Part shown: in pieces, positions 42,663-53,596 of the stretch
Layout: every line of letters starts with the position of its first letter
Numbering within the stretch: the first letter of the stretch is position 1
Assembly: GCA_039794845.1 (NCBI GenBank)
Contig: JAUQVK010000101.1
Span: 33,225-97,224, forward strand
Length of the DNA: 64,000 nt
Direction: 5' to 3'
From: Thermostichus sp. DRC_bins_24
Lineage (GTDB): Bacteria; Cyanobacteriota; Cyanobacteriia; Thermostichales; Thermostichaceae
The notes under the pieces: generated by a model
What the model was told of the DNA's origin: nothing
Seen by the model: only the letters and a program-made list of their open reading frames with translations
Databases searched by the model: none
Translations under genes and position numbers: made by a program

Positions 42663-43952
42663 ATGCAAGTTCTGGTCATTGGCTCTGGGGGACGAGAACA
42701 CGCTCTGATTTGGAAGCTACTGCAATCCCCACAGGTTACTCAGGTTTACTGTGCACCCGGCAACGGCGGCATTCGCCAGATGCGCCGCTGTCAAACCTTG
42801 GCTTTGGCAGCCACGGATATTGAGGGGTTGGTGCGCTTTGCCACGGTGCAAGGGATCCGTCTGACGGTGGTGGGGCCAGAGGTGCCCTTGGTGGAGGGGA
42901 TCGTCGATGCGTTTCAAGCGGCAGGACTGCCCATTTTTGGGCCGAACCGGGTGGCCGCCCAACTGGAGGGCAGCAAGCTCTGGGCCAAGCAACTGATGCA
43001 AGAGGCCGGGATCCCAACGGCTCGTGCTGCCGGTTTTCAGGATTTGTCGGCGGCCCTGGCCTATCTGGATTCCCAGTCTTTTCCGCTGGTGGTGAAGATG
43101 GATGGTCTGGCGGCGGGCAAGGGGGTGACCATCGCCCAAGATCGCGAGGAGGCGGTACAGGCTCTACAAGCCGCACTGGCCCGGCCTTCTGGCTCTGTGC
43201 TGATCGAGGAGTTTATCTCCGGGCAGGAGGTCTCCGTACTGGCCCTGACGGATGGCCAAATCTGTGTGCCACTTTTGCCTGCTCAAGACTACAAGCGCAT
43301 TGGCGAAGGGGATATGGGGCCCAATACCGGTGGCATGGGGGCTCATGCTCCCGCGGATCATGTGCTGACACCGGCCTTGCTGGCTCGCATTCAAACCCAG
43401 GTGTTGGATCCCACCCTGAAGGGCCTCCGGCAACGGGGCATTCGCTACCAGGGGGTGATCTACGCCGGGTTGATGATCACGCCCTCAGGGGATCCCTACG
43501 TGTTGGAGTATAACTGCCGCTTTGGGGATCCCGAGGCACAGGTGATTTTGCCCCTGTTGAAAAACCCCCTCGAAGAGGTGCTGTTGGCTTGTGTTGAGGG
43601 GCACTTGGCCCAGATCCAGTTGCAGTGGAAACCGGGCTATGCCGCTTGCGTGGTGATGGCTGCACCGGGGTATCCCGAGAGTTACGAACGAGGGATCCCA
43701 ATCCTCGGCTTAGAGGCGGCAGCGGAAACTGGGGCTTTGATCTTTCATGCGGGCACTCGTCAGGCGGGAGGGCAGATCTTCAGCGATGGGGGGCGTGTCT
43801 TGTGCATCACCGGTCAGGGGGCCAGTTTACCGGAGGCCTTGGGCCAAGCCTATGCCGCGGTGGAGCGGGTGCAGTTTGCCAAAGCCCACTACCGGTTGGA
43901 CATTGGTAGCCGAGCGCTGGGAGCCGCTGTTCGTCGTGGTGTGGTGGAATGA
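42663..43952 (+). CDS. purD: phosphoribosylamine--glycine ligase
   Basis: GSGGREHAL, GLAAGKGV, QDYKR..EGD.GPNTGGMG, EYNCRFGDPE. Confidence 0.97.
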   Translation: MQVLVIGSGGREHALIWKLLQSPQVTQVYCAPGNGGIRQMRRCQTLALAATDIEGLVRFATVQGIRLTVVGPEVPLVEGIVDAFQAAGLPIFGPNRVAAQLEGSKLWAKQLMQEAGIPTARAAGFQDLSAALAYLDSQSFPLVVKMDGLAAGKGVTIAQDREEAVQALQAALARPSGSVLIEEFISGQEVSVLALTDGQICVPLLPAQDYKRIGEGDMGPNTGGMGAHAPADHVLTPALLARIQTQVLDPTLKGLRQRGIRYQGVIYAGLMITPSGDPYVLEYNCRFGDPEAQVILPLLKNPLEEVLLACVEGHLAQIQLQWKPGYAACVVMAAPGYPESYERGIPILGLEAAAETGALIFHAGTRQAGGQIFSDGGRVLCITGQGASLPEALGQAYAAVERVQFAKAHYRLDIGSRALGAAVRRGVVE

Positions 43953-44144
43953 AAATGAACCCCAGAGGGTCGCTCCTCCGGGGTCAATAAAAACAGTATT
44001 GAAAAGAGTTTTGATATTTAAAAAATAGCGCTTTTGATAACGAGAAAGCAATTTTAGTATCGGAACCTCAACTTTAGTTCATATTCCTCAATAAGAGCCG
44101 TCTCGGTTGCTTGGCTTAGGTTGAGAGGGAATAGGTAGGGATCC

Positions 44145-44615
44145 CTATTTCACGTTCAAACCTTCTGGCTTCAGCCCGAACTCTTGTAGGGCAGGCAGGA
44201 AATTCTTGTTCTCATGATTAGAGCGACTTAATTTAATGAGAGCAAATCGCTGGATATTCTGTAGTCTCCTCCAAAATTCTAGAGTAATCTGAACCTGTAT
44301 TTCCTCAGCCTTTTGTTGCACACTCAGTGGGATCCTCTCGGTATTTTCCCATTCAGGTTCTAGCTCTGGCATGAATTCTTTGGCTTCCTCTCTACAAACA
44401 GTATGGATCAACTGCCGCAAATAACTGCCAAACTGTTCAATATCCTGGGCAGTTTGATCAGGCCAGTCCACACACTGTTGTTTTTGTGCTGCCGAAAACC
44501 GAGCCCACTGATGGAGCTTCAGCTTGACGCCACACAGATCTAACTTCAGACGTACGCTCATGGGAATACAGCGCAGAGAATCGGCAAAATCCTGCTCAAA
44601 CTGAAACAGAGACAT
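44145..44615 (-). CDS. narM: nitrate reductase-associated protein
   Basis: F.FE.DF..SLRCIPM.VR.KLD.CG.KLKL..W and QRFAL.KLSR..HEN.NF; follows narB. Confidence 0.88.
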   Translation of the reverse strand: MSLFQFEQDFADSLRCIPMSVRLKLDLCGVKLKLHQWARFSAAQKQQCVDWPDQTAQDIEQFGSYLRQLIHTVCREEAKEFMPELEPEWENTERIPLSVQQKAEEIQVQITLEFWRRLQNIQRFALIKLSRSNHENKNFLPALQEFGLKPEGLNVK

Positions 44616-46770
44616 CCGAAACATCCTCGGTGATTAAACTCTCGCTCTCCAGTTTCGGTGAAAAAGGATCGGTTTTACTGAGGGCCACTGCACAAGCTTT
44701 TAATTCCGGCTGGCCGGAGTCTGGGCAAGCAATATCGTGGGTAAGGGCATTACACTCTGCTTGCTCTGCCCACAAGGATCCCCAGTGCATGGGCACAAAC
44801 ACCGTCCCTGGGGCAATGGCACGGGTGATCTTGGCGGGGAAACAGGCTTGTCCACGGGCGGAGCGTACCTGCACGGGATCCCCCTCTTGCAGGGCCAGCT
44901 TTTCGGCATCACGGGGATGAATTTCAATAAAGGGCTGTGGGTGCATTTGGGTGATTTTTTCGATTCTGCCGGTACGGGTTTGGGTGTGCCAATGACCATA
45001 CACTCTACCGGTGGTTAACACATAGGGAAATTGCGGATCCGGTGGCTCAGCCAATCCTTTGGAATGATAGGGGATGAATCGAGCACGGCCATCGGCAGTG
45101 GGAAAACGCAAATCAGTATAAAGCCGAGCTGAACCTGAAGTTTTATCTGGCAATCTATCCTTTGGATAGGGCCATTGCTGGGGGCCTTGTTCCGCCAAAA
45201 GAGCATGACTAAGGCCAGAGTGGTCACAGGGGCGATGTTGAGTCAGGGCAGCAAATTCAGCATACACTTCTGCTGAGCTTTGAAACTGAAATTGCTCTAT
45301 AAATCCCAATCTGCGACCTACTTCCGCAAGGATTTCCCAATCCGGTCGGGCTTCTCCAGGGGGATCCTGAAACTGTTGGCAAAGGGTGACCCGACGCTCG
45401 GAATTGGTCATGACCCCTGTTTTTTCACTCCATTGACAGGCGGGCAAAAGCAGATGAGCATATTCTGCCGTTTCGGTGGGGTAGTAGGCTTCTTGATAGA
45501 TGGTAAAGGGGGAGTTCTGCAAAGCCTTTTTAACGCGCTCTAAATCGGGCAAACTCACCAAGGGATTGGTTGCAGCAATCCAAAACAGTTGCAGGGATCC
45601 CGCTTCTAGGGCAGAAATCATTTGGGTGGCAGTCAGTCCTGGAGCAGGGGATATGGATCCATCGGGCAAGCCCCAAACCTGTTCTACTTCTGCGCGATGT
45701 TGGGGATTTTTCACAGAGCGATAGCCGGGCAAGAGATGAGACAATCCGCCTGCTTCTCGCCCTCCCATGGCATTGGGTTGACCTGTTAAAGAAAATGGCC
45801 CCATCCCCGGTTTGCCGATCTGCCCAGTCATTAGGTGGAGATTAATCAGGCTAACGATTTTGGCCGTGCCCTCACTGGATTGATTTAAACCCATTGACCA
45901 AAGGGAAAGAATTTTTCGGGATCCCTTCCAGAGCTGGGCGACCGCAATGACATCCTCAGGTGCAATTCCACATCGCTCGGCCACCGTCTCAGGATCATAA
46001 CTGGACAATAGAGCGGCATATTGGGCAAAGCCTTGGGTGTAATCTTCAATGAAGGGGGCCTCGATCTCTCCCCAGCGCAACAGCAAATGGGCGATGCCGT
46101 TAAACAGATCAATATCGCTACCAGGTTTAATTCCCAAATGCAAATCTGCAGCTTCTGCCGTTTTTGTCCTGCGGGGATCCACCACGATAATCTTGAGGGG
46201 GGATCCCAATCTATGTCTTTTTTTCAGGCGATTAAACAAAATCGGGTGACATTCAGCCGTATTGGTACCCACCAAAAAAGCCAAATCACACTCATCCAAA
46301 TCTTCGTAACAGCAAGGGGGGCCATCGGATCCCAGCGATTGAACATAACCCGAAACCGCCGAAGACATACACAAACGAGAGTTGGCATCAAAATTGTTGG
46401 TTCTTAGACATCCTTTAATCAGTTTCTGGGCCACATAGTAATCTTCCGTCAGGAATTGCCCGGAGCCGTACATTGCCATCGCATCAGGGGTGGCTTGCAA
46501 ATCTTGGATGCGGGTGGTGATTTTCTGTATGGCTTGATCCCAAGAGATACGCCGAAAAGGTTGATCCAATCTCTCTCGGAACATGGGGTAAAGCAGTCGA
46601 TCTCGGTTGACCGACTCCATGATCGTGGCACCCTTAACACACACCATCCCCAAACTTGAAGGATGCTGCCGATCTCCACGAATTTTCCAATCTCCTGCAG
46701 GAGTGGGAACGGCCTCTAATCCACACCCCACTCCACAATAGGGGCATTGGGTCTTAATCACTTCTGTCAA
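44596..46770 (-). CDS. narB: ferredoxin-nitrate reductase
   Basis: [40 protein letters not shown] start. Confidence 0.95.
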   Translation of the reverse strand: MTEVIKTQCPYCGVGCGLEAVPTPAGDWKIRGDRQHPSSLGMVCVKGATIMESVNRDRLLYPMFRERLDQPFRRISWDQAIQKITTRIQDLQATPDAMAMYGSGQFLTEDYYVAQKLIKGCLRTNNFDANSRLCMSSAVSGYVQSLGSDGPPCCYEDLDECDLAFLVGTNTAECHPILFNRLKKRHRLGSPLKIIVVDPRRTKTAEAADLHLGIKPGSDIDLFNGIAHLLLRWGEIEAPFIEDYTQGFAQYAALLSSYDPETVAERCGIAPEDVIAVAQLWKGSRKILSLWSMGLNQSSEGTAKIVSLINLHLMTGQIGKPGMGPFSLTGQPNAMGGREAGGLSHLLPGYRSVKNPQHRAEVEQVWGLPDGSISPAPGLTATQMISALEAGSLQLFWIAATNPLVSLPDLERVKKALQNSPFTIYQEAYYPTETAEYAHLLLPACQWSEKTGVMTNSERRVTLCQQFQDPPGEARPDWEILAEVGRRLGFIEQFQFQSSAEVYAEFAALTQHRPCDHSGLSHALLAEQGPQQWPYPKDRLPDKTSGSARLYTDLRFPTADGRARFIPYHSKGLAEPPDPQFPYVLTTGRVYGHWHTQTRTGRIEKITQMHPQPFIEIHPRDAEKLALQEGDPVQVRSARGQACFPAKITRAIAPGTVFVPMHWGSLWAEQAECNALTHDIACPDSGQPELKACAVALSKTDPFSPKLESESLITEDVSDVSVSV

Positions 46771-47129
46771 GAGTGATCTCCCTTCTCAGATAAATCCTGA
46801 AAAATCTCTTCGAGCTTTATCCTCAGATCGGCAAGGTCTCCTTCGACAATCTCCCAAATTACCTCCAAGTTAAGCTGAAAGTATTGATGAATTAAAACAT
46901 CTCTAAACTTAGCAATTTTACTCCAGTCAACTTCTAGGTGGTTTTGACGAAACTCGTCAGGAATATTCTTGACTGCCTCCCCCATAACTTCAAAATTGCG
47001 AATCACAGCATCTTGAATAAGACTGGATCCCATAAATTGCTCTTCCCCAGAAGAGGTGTATCTTTGGATCTTTGTAATTGCGTTGATCATATCTTGAATA
47101 TAGAGACGCAAATCTCACTTTCCACTCAT
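46767..47129 (-). pseudogene. HepT-like (DUF86) HEPN RNase toxin with TGA at codon 5 (possible restart at TTG 47111)
   Basis: ATG AGT GGA AAG TGA GAT TTG CGT CTC TAT...; the HEPN motif R-x4-H (RDVLIHQY) is intact downstream. Confidence 0.7.
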
Positions 47130-47431
47130 AGTGACTTTGCCTCACTCAAAATACGATCCCTAATTAAGGGATGAATGCTGTTGGAGAAGACAACGTCAAC
47201 TTTTCGTTGTAGGAGTTCTTCCCAATCTTGAATTAAACCCACGGGGAACCAAGGGGTACGGTGGGATCCCTTGTCAATCAAAAAATCTATATCACTGTCT
47301 GGCCCTGCCTCTCCGCGAGCTACGGATCCGAAAACCCTGACATTGGTCGCCCCATGCTTGTCAGCTATGGCTAAAATGGCTTCTCTTTTGTCTTTGAGTA
47401 GGTCATCAATTCCCAATCCCATGGTCATCAC
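47126..47431 (-). CDS. minimal nucleotidyltransferase (MNT) antitoxin
   Basis: VFGSVARGEA..DSDIDFL (GS-x10-DxD); ATGA overlap with the HEPN gene. Confidence 0.88.
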   Translation of the reverse strand: MMTMGLGIDDLLKDKREAILAIADKHGATNVRVFGSVARGEAGPDSDIDFLIDKGSHRTPWFPVGLIQDWEELLQRKVDVVFSNSIHPLIRDRILSEAKSL

Positions 47432-47476
47432 CCAGATCAGATGTCATTTTGTATTTATAGACAACATAGGGATCCC

Positions 47477-48064
47477 CTAATTCAGCAGTTCAGAAACTGC
47501 AATCTCAAACCCCGGCAAGATCTCTCGGGTTTTGGCTATATCCTTCTCAGTTAGCCAAAGGTTTTGCTCTTGAGTTTGAATGAAAAGATGTTTGCTTTTA
47601 GGAAAAACCAGCCAAACTTCTAAAGCTCCAGAGCCAAGGTATTCCTGCGCCTTCAGAAAGATATCTTCTCCACTATCTGTTGGAGAAATGATCTCCCCAA
47701 TCAAGGGATAGCTTTGGGGCAAAAAGGTAAACTCGCCATATCGTTCCAACAGTTCTGCCGGGAGATAAGCAACATCTGGCTTGCGCCCCCGCTCAAGAGT
47801 ACGACAGTCCGGCTCAACCAATACCCTCCCACCCAGTTGCTGAGACTGAACAAAAGTCCGCCAGTGGAAATAAAGATTGCCTTGGATATTGCTATGCTGA
47901 AAACCCACGCCTGTTTTCTCCACTAGTTTTCCATCTACCCATTCGTGGTTCTCTACTGGGTTGGCGAGATATTCCTCCAAAGTCTTGGGAAGGGCTAAGG
48001 CAAGATCCTCGATTTCGGGATCCCTTTGCTGAGGTGGAGCTGGCTGAACTTGGGCAATCACCAT
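47477..48064 (-). CDS. Uma2 family protein
   Basis: EWVDG.L.E, RKPDVAY, EIISP.D, K..EYL..G..EVWLV.P, LPGF. Confidence 0.87.
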   Translation of the reverse strand: MVIAQVQPAPPQQRDPEIEDLALALPKTLEEYLANPVENHEWVDGKLVEKTGVGFQHSNIQGNLYFHWRTFVQSQQLGGRVLVEPDCRTLERGRKPDVAYLPAELLERYGEFTFLPQSYPLIGEIISPTDSGEDIFLKAQEYLGSGALEVWLVFPKSKHLFIQTQEQNLWLTEKDIAKTREILPGFEIAVSELLN

Positions 48065-48110
48065 CGACCTGACTCTCCGGATGTTCTGCTTTCTAGCTTA
48101 ATGGGTTGGT

Positions 48111-48956
48111 CTAATCGGTGGCATGGGCGAAGCGGCGGTAGAGGAAGTCGAGGGCGTAGTTGCGCAATTCGTAAAACTCGGGCATTTCCATCATGCGGGA
48201 ACGGATCCGAGGCCGCTCAAAAGGAATGGTTAGAATCTCACCAATATGGGCAGCGGGGCCGTTGGTCATCATTACCACGCGGTCGGCCAAATAAAGGGCT
48301 TCGTCAATATCGTGGGTGATCATCAAAACGGTACAGCGGTGATCCCGCCAAATGGCGAGCAACTCCTCCTGAAGTTCCTCTTTGGTGATGGCATCGAGCG
48401 CCCCGAAAGGTTCATCCAACAACAACACCTCTGGACGAATGGAAAGGGCACGGGCAATCGCCACCCTTTGTTTCATGCCGCCGGAGAGTTGTTTGGGGCG
48501 TTTGTGAGCGGCTTCGCTGAGGCCCACCAATTCCAGGTGTTCCTGAACAATTCGCTTTTTTTCGCTGTGAGATTTGTCGGGATACACCTGATCCACCACC
48601 AAATACACATTTTCGAAGGCGGTCAGCCAGGGCAAGAGGGCGTAGTTTTGAAACACCATCATCCGATCCGGGCCAGGGGATCCCACGGGTCGGCCTTTGA
48701 GGGTGATGGATCCTGACGTGGGAGTAGAAAACCCGGCCACCATATTCATCAGGGTAGATTTGCCGCAGCCGGAGTGACCAATCAGGCAAATAAATTCGCC
48801 GGATCCCACATTTAGATTGACATTTTCTAGAGCAACAAATGCTCCATTGGGAGTGGGATAGGTTTTGCCGACATTCTGTAAAGAAAGCAGGGGCAATCCG
48901 GGTACTGTCGGTGCAGCCGAAGGGGAAGAAGTAGGCAGGCGAGAACCGGTCATCAT
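48111..48956 (-). CDS. nrtD: nitrate ABC transporter ATPase
   Basis: GHSGCGKST, SGGMKQRVAIAR, DAITKEELQ, LRNYALDFL. Confidence 0.92.
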   Translation of the reverse strand: MMTGSRLPTSSPSAAPTVPGLPLLSLQNVGKTYPTPNGAFVALENVNLNVGSGEFICLIGHSGCGKSTLMNMVAGFSTPTSGSITLKGRPVGSPGPDRMMVFQNYALLPWLTAFENVYLVVDQVYPDKSHSEKKRIVQEHLELVGLSEAAHKRPKQLSGGMKQRVAIARALSIRPEVLLLDEPFGALDAITKEELQEELLAIWRDHRCTVLMITHDIDEALYLADRVVMMTNGPAAHIGEILTIPFERPRIRSRMMEMPEFYELRNYALDFLYRRFAHATD

Positions 48957-48988
48957 GATGTTTAGGAAATCACTAAGGTGGGTGGGAA

Positions 48989-50998
48989 CTAAGCCAGGAC
49001 AGGATTACTCAGGCGATAGTCTTGCAATTGTAGTTCTTGTCGGATGGGCACACTTTCCAGATAGCCCAATGGGTCTTGTCCATCAAACCGGGATCCATCG
49101 GCAAATAACAAAGCACCCCGGTCATGGGCCCGATCCGGCAAGCCTAACTCTCTGGCGGCAAGGGCATAGGTTTCTGTATCCAATACTTGATCGATCACGG
49201 AGATCCAATTGCGGGGGAAAGCACAGATCCCCCAACGGGCCATTTGTGTCAAAATCCAGAGATTCTCCAGCTTTTCTGGGCAGGTATTGCGACCATTGGC
49301 GAACTGGTTAAACCCAACAATCACCTGCGATTCGTCTTGAATGCCCCGCTGTAGGGTACCCATCAACCCCGGTTGTAGATCCTCTGTTGCCACTCCCACA
49401 TAATGAGGTTGCGCCAACCATTCGATGATTTCGGGGCGATGACGTGGCTGATCGCAATACTCACAAGCTTCTAAGAGGGCTTTGACCAGAGCGATGTGGG
49501 TACGGGGATATTTTTGGGCCCATTCTTGACGCACCGTTAAGACTTTTTCGATGTGGCTGGGCAAAATTTCGGGAGTGGTGGTGATGATGAAGCCCACCTG
49601 TTCGCGTACCGCTCTGGAATTCCAGGGTTCGCCGACACAGTAGCCATCGATATTCCCGGCTTTCAGGTTGCTGACCATTTGGGGCGGTGGGATCACCGTC
49701 AAGGTCACCTCTTGATCGGGGTGAATACCGCCGCTGGCCAGCCAATGCCGCAGAAGGAAATTGTGCATGGAGACCGGATGCACCATTCCCAGCGTATGTA
49801 CCTTATCGGGAGTTTGATTGAGGTACTGGCGAAAATCCTCTAGGGTTTGAATGCCCTGCTGTAGAAACTTGTGCCCTAAGGTAATGGCGTTGCCCCCCCG
49901 TGACAAAGTCAGGGCGGTAACCAACGGCACCGGCGTTCCCCCTACCCCCAGGGTAGATGCCAAAGGGATCCCGGCCACTGCCGCCGCTGCATCCAATCGA
50001 CCCGAACGGATCCCTTCCGCCAGGATTTTCCAGCCTGGTTCTCGCACCAAGGTAATATCTTCTAGGCCATATTTTTGAAAGAAACCCTTTTCTTTGGCCA
50101 CCACCAAAGGGGCACAGTCTGTGAGGGGAACAAAGCCAATTTCCAGATTGACTTTTTCCAGGCCATGTTTGGCGACAGCAACACGGATGGGAGTTTTTTT
50201 CTTGGCTCGTTTTTGCTGGTTGAGAAAGTAGATCATCTCCCCCCGCAGACTGTAGTAATCGGGATGATTGACCACTTCTAAACGATGCCGAGGGCGCGGG
50301 AAAGGCACAGACAAAATTTGCCCAATTTGGGCGGCAGGGCCGTTGGTGAGCATCACCACCCGATCCGAAAGCAAGAGCGCCTCATCCACATCATGGGTCA
50401 CCATCACGCAGGTGAGGTGTTCCGCCTGGGCGATATCCATCAATTGCTCCTGCAGATTGCCACGGGTGAGGGCATCCAGGGCACCAAACGGTTCATCCAG
50501 TAGCAACACCCGCGGACGAATGGCCAAAGCACGAGCAATGGCCACCCGCTGCTTCATCCCCCCCGACAGATGGGCCGGTCGTTTGTCGGCGGCAGCTTGT
50601 AACCCGACGCGACGGATATGCTCTTCCACGATCTGTTGTCGCTGGGCTTTGGGCTGGGATCCCAACACTTCATCCACCGCCAGGGCAATGTTTTCCCGCA
50701 CCGTCAGCCAGGGCAACAGCGAATAGTTCTGAAACACCACCATCCGCTCTGGGCCAGGATCTCTCACCTGTCGCCCTTCCAGAAGAATGCCCCCTTGGGA
50801 GGGTTTATCCAATCCGGCAATGATATTGAGCAGAGTGGATTTACCACAGCCGGAGTGCCCAATCAGAGAAACAAATTCCCCTTTTTGAATCTCCAGATGG
50901 ATCCCTTTCAGGGCTGGGTAAAGTTCACCATTACCCAACAGAAAACTTTTATCAATATGATCAACTTCAATATAGGGTTGAGTTTTCATGATCTTCAC
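48989..50998 (-). CDS. nrtC: nitrate ABC transporter ATPase with C-terminal regulatory domain
   Basis: ABC domain fused to an NrtA-like domain (GFVPLTDCAP, GYCVGEPW). Confidence 0.93.
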   Translation of the reverse strand: MKIMKTQPYIEVDHIDKSFLLGNGELYPALKGIHLEIQKGEFVSLIGHSGCGKSTLLNIIAGLDKPSQGGILLEGRQVRDPGPERMVVFQNYSLLPWLTVRENIALAVDEVLGSQPKAQRQQIVEEHIRRVGLQAAADKRPAHLSGGMKQRVAIARALAIRPRVLLLDEPFGALDALTRGNLQEQLMDIAQAEHLTCVMVTHDVDEALLLSDRVVMLTNGPAAQIGQILSVPFPRPRHRLEVVNHPDYYSLRGEMIYFLNQQKRAKKKTPIRVAVAKHGLEKVNLEIGFVPLTDCAPLVVAKEKGFFQKYGLEDITLVREPGWKILAEGIRSGRLDAAAAVAGIPLASTLGVGGTPVPLVTALTLSRGGNAITLGHKFLQQGIQTLEDFRQYLNQTPDKVHTLGMVHPVSMHNFLLRHWLASGGIHPDQEVTLTVIPPPQMVSNLKAGNIDGYCVGEPWNSRAVREQVGFIITTTPEILPSHIEKVLTVRQEWAQKYPRTHIALVKALLEACEYCDQPRHRPEIIEWLAQPHYVGVATEDLQPGLMGTLQRGIQDESQVIVGFNQFANGRNTCPEKLENLWILTQMARWGICAFPRNWISVIDQVLDTETYALAARELGLPDRAHDRGALLFADGSRFDGQDPLGYLESVPIRQELQLQDYRLSNPVLA

Positions 50999-51051
50999 CT
51001 AAGGGAGCCTTTGCCAATATGAATCTAGAGCCGTGAATTCAGAGCTTTGAA

Positions 51052-52020
51052 TTAGTGATCTTCTGCAACAACCAGCGAACCAATCCAGGCCATTAATCGA
51101 TCCAACAGAAGGCCAACAATCCCGACATAAATCAAGGCCAAAATAATTTCGCTGATGCGAGAACTATTCCAGGCATCCCAGATAAAGAAGCCGATGCCCA
51201 CGCCCCCAATCAACATTTCGGCAGCCACGATTGCCAACCAAGACAACCCCACCCCAATCCGCAAGCCTGTAAAGATGTAGGGTACTGTTGCCGGAAAGAC
51301 AATCTTAAAGAAATACTTCCAGCCCGACATGCGCACAATGCGGGCCACATTGCGGTAATCCTGTGGGATCCGTTGCACTCCCACGGTGGTGTTGATCAAA
51401 ATCGGCCAAATGGCAGTGATAAAAATTACGAAAATAGCCGAGGGGTTGGCATCCCGAAAGGCCGCCAGGGAAATGGGCAACCAAGCCAAAGGTGGCACCG
51501 TCCGCAAAACTTGGAAGATGGGATCCACTGCCTCGTGCAGCCAGCGATTCACCCCGATCACCATGCCTAAGCCCACCCCCACGATGGCCGCCAAGGTGAA
51601 GCCAATCGCCACCCGTCGCAGGCTGGCCCAAATTTGCCAAAACAGCCCTTTGTCATTGCCGCCGTAATCAAAGAAAGGATCTTTGATCAGGGGATCCCAG
51701 GTATCCCTCCAAACTTGGGCGGGGGTAGGCAAATTGGCCCCAGGTTGACTGTAAATAATTTGCCAGATCAGCAACACCACCAGAATTGCCGTAATCGGCA
51801 AGAGAATGCGGCGCAATGCTTTGTAGAGCTTGATCCTTTCTATCCAAGCGGAGCGGGGGCTGGAGCCAGAACTAGAGGAAGTATTGGCAACGGCTTTGAG
51901 TTGTAGGGCATGGCTTTGCAGCAGGCTCCATAGCCATTGACCGAAGCTCCCGATGAGGGGCAACAGGATGCGGAAGAGGTCATACCCGATCTTGAGGGTA
52001 TTGCGGAGTGTAGGGTTCAT
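51052..52020 (-). CDS. nrtB: nitrate ABC transporter permease
   Basis: PPLAWLP, FVIFITAIWP, WLAIVAAEM, GFFIWD. Confidence 0.92.
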   Translation of the reverse strand: MNPTLRNTLKIGYDLFRILLPLIGSFGQWLWSLLQSHALQLKAVANTSSSSGSSPRSAWIERIKLYKALRRILLPITAILVVLLIWQIIYSQPGANLPTPAQVWRDTWDPLIKDPFFDYGGNDKGLFWQIWASLRRVAIGFTLAAIVGVGLGMVIGVNRWLHEAVDPIFQVLRTVPPLAWLPISLAAFRDANPSAIFVIFITAIWPILINTTVGVQRIPQDYRNVARIVRMSGWKYFFKIVFPATVPYIFTGLRIGVGLSWLAIVAAEMLIGGVGIGFFIWDAWNSSRISEIILALIYVGIVGLLLDRLMAWIGSLVVAEDH

Positions 52021-52142
52021 GGTTGGCGGGGGGCTGAGGGTTGATGCAAAAATAAAGGAAAGAGGAGAGAAAAGGGGTCTGATTTGAACCGTTTGAAGGT
52101 GGATCCCTTCCCTCTCCAGTAGGGCATCCTGAACGGGTTGAG

Positions 52143-53456
52143 TTAGGCCAGTTTTTTGATGGCCAGACCCTCGAGATAGGCTCCGGGGTTTTCTGGATCG
52201 AATTGCACCCCGTCAAAGAAGGTTTCTACGCCGCGGGAGGTGCTTGCAGGAATGGCAGATTCTTGGCCAATGGCTTTGGCTGCTTCTCGCCATAGATCTT
52301 CCCGATTCACCTGCTCGACCAAAGCTTGGGTATCGGTATCGGCGGGCAGGTAGCCCCAGCGAATGTCTTCAGTTAAAAACCAAAGATCATGGCTCTTGAA
52401 GGGATAGGAAGCATCCTCGATCCAGAACTTCATCACATGGGGGCTGTTTTCCACAATTCTTCCGGTGCCGTAGTCGAAGGTGCCCTGGGCACGGCCCAAA
52501 ATATCCTCCACCGGGATCCCCAACCAACGGCGCTGGGCCAGGATCCGGCACATTTCCTCTTTGTTTTCCGGTTGATCACACCAGAGTTGGGCCTCTTGTA
52601 CCGCCTTGAGCAGAGCTAGGGCAGCTTTGGGATGGGCATCCACCCAATCGGCGCGCATTCCCAAGGATTTTTCGGGGTGATTGTTCCACAGTTCGCCGGT
52701 GGTTAAAGCAGAATAGCCCTCTTTTTGGTTGATTAATTGAGCGTTCCAGGGTTCGCCCACACAGAAGGCTTCCATGGTGCGGGATTTCATGTTGGCCACC
52801 ATCTGCGGCGGCGGCACCACAATTGTGGAAACGTCATTATTGGGATCAATTCCTCCGGCAGAGAGCCAGTAGCGCATCCACAAATCATGGGTGCCCCCCG
52901 GAAAGGTCACGGCACATTTGGGATCCCCACCGGCAGCGCGGGCTTCAGCAAATTTGGCCTTGAGTGGAGAGCTATCTAGGCCAATTTCCAAGTCTCGGTA
53001 GGTATTGGCGATGCTGATACCCTGACCATCCACATTCAAACGGGCCAAAATGTACATGGGCACGGGCCGACCATCGGTGACTTTGCCGGTGCTGATTAAG
53101 TAGGGCATGGGGGTGAGAATGTGTGCCCCATCAATGCCGCCGGATCCGGATCCCAGCACCAGGTTGTCGCGGGTGGTGCCCCAAGAGGCTTGCTTTTCCA
53201 CCTCCACATCTTTCATGCCGTACTTTTCAAATAGCCCTTTTTCTTTGGCGATGATCAGGGGAGCGGCATCCGTCAGGGCGATAAAGCCCAACTTGGCCCG
53301 GGTGGTCTCCGGGGTATCTGCTTGAGCGATCCAGTAGCCACTGCCCAACGATTGCGACCGGGCACGGGGGATCCCGGCGGTAACGGCTCCGGCGGTGAGG
53401 GCGGCGGCTCCGGCCAAAAACTGTCGACGAGAAACGGATGAAGATGACTTGAACAT
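52143..53456 (-). CDS. nrtA: nitrate/nitrite-binding protein
   Basis: Tat motif SRRQFL; LGFIALTD, TFPGGTHD, FCVGEPW, GVETFFDG. Confidence 0.93.
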   Translation of the reverse strand: MFKSSSSVSRRQFLAGAAALTAGAVTAGIPRARSQSLGSGYWIAQADTPETTRAKLGFIALTDAAPLIIAKEKGLFEKYGMKDVEVEKQASWGTTRDNLVLGSGSGGIDGAHILTPMPYLISTGKVTDGRPVPMYILARLNVDGQGISIANTYRDLEIGLDSSPLKAKFAEARAAGGDPKCAVTFPGGTHDLWMRYWLSAGGIDPNNDVSTIVVPPPQMVANMKSRTMEAFCVGEPWNAQLINQKEGYSALTTGELWNNHPEKSLGMRADWVDAHPKAALALLKAVQEAQLWCDQPENKEEMCRILAQRRWLGIPVEDILGRAQGTFDYGTGRIVENSPHVMKFWIEDASYPFKSHDLWFLTEDIRWGYLPADTDTQALVEQVNREDLWREAAKAIGQESAIPASTSRGVETFFDGVQFDPENPGAYLEGLAIKKLA

Positions 53457-53596
53457 AAACAACTCCTTGTCTTGAGACGTAAATGAATGAATGAATGGGG
53501 GAAGATCCGTGAGAACGGTTGAGAATCCGCGAGAATCCTAATGAGAATCAACGCAATGGAACGGTGCTCCAGGGATAAGTTCCCGAATGGGGATCC

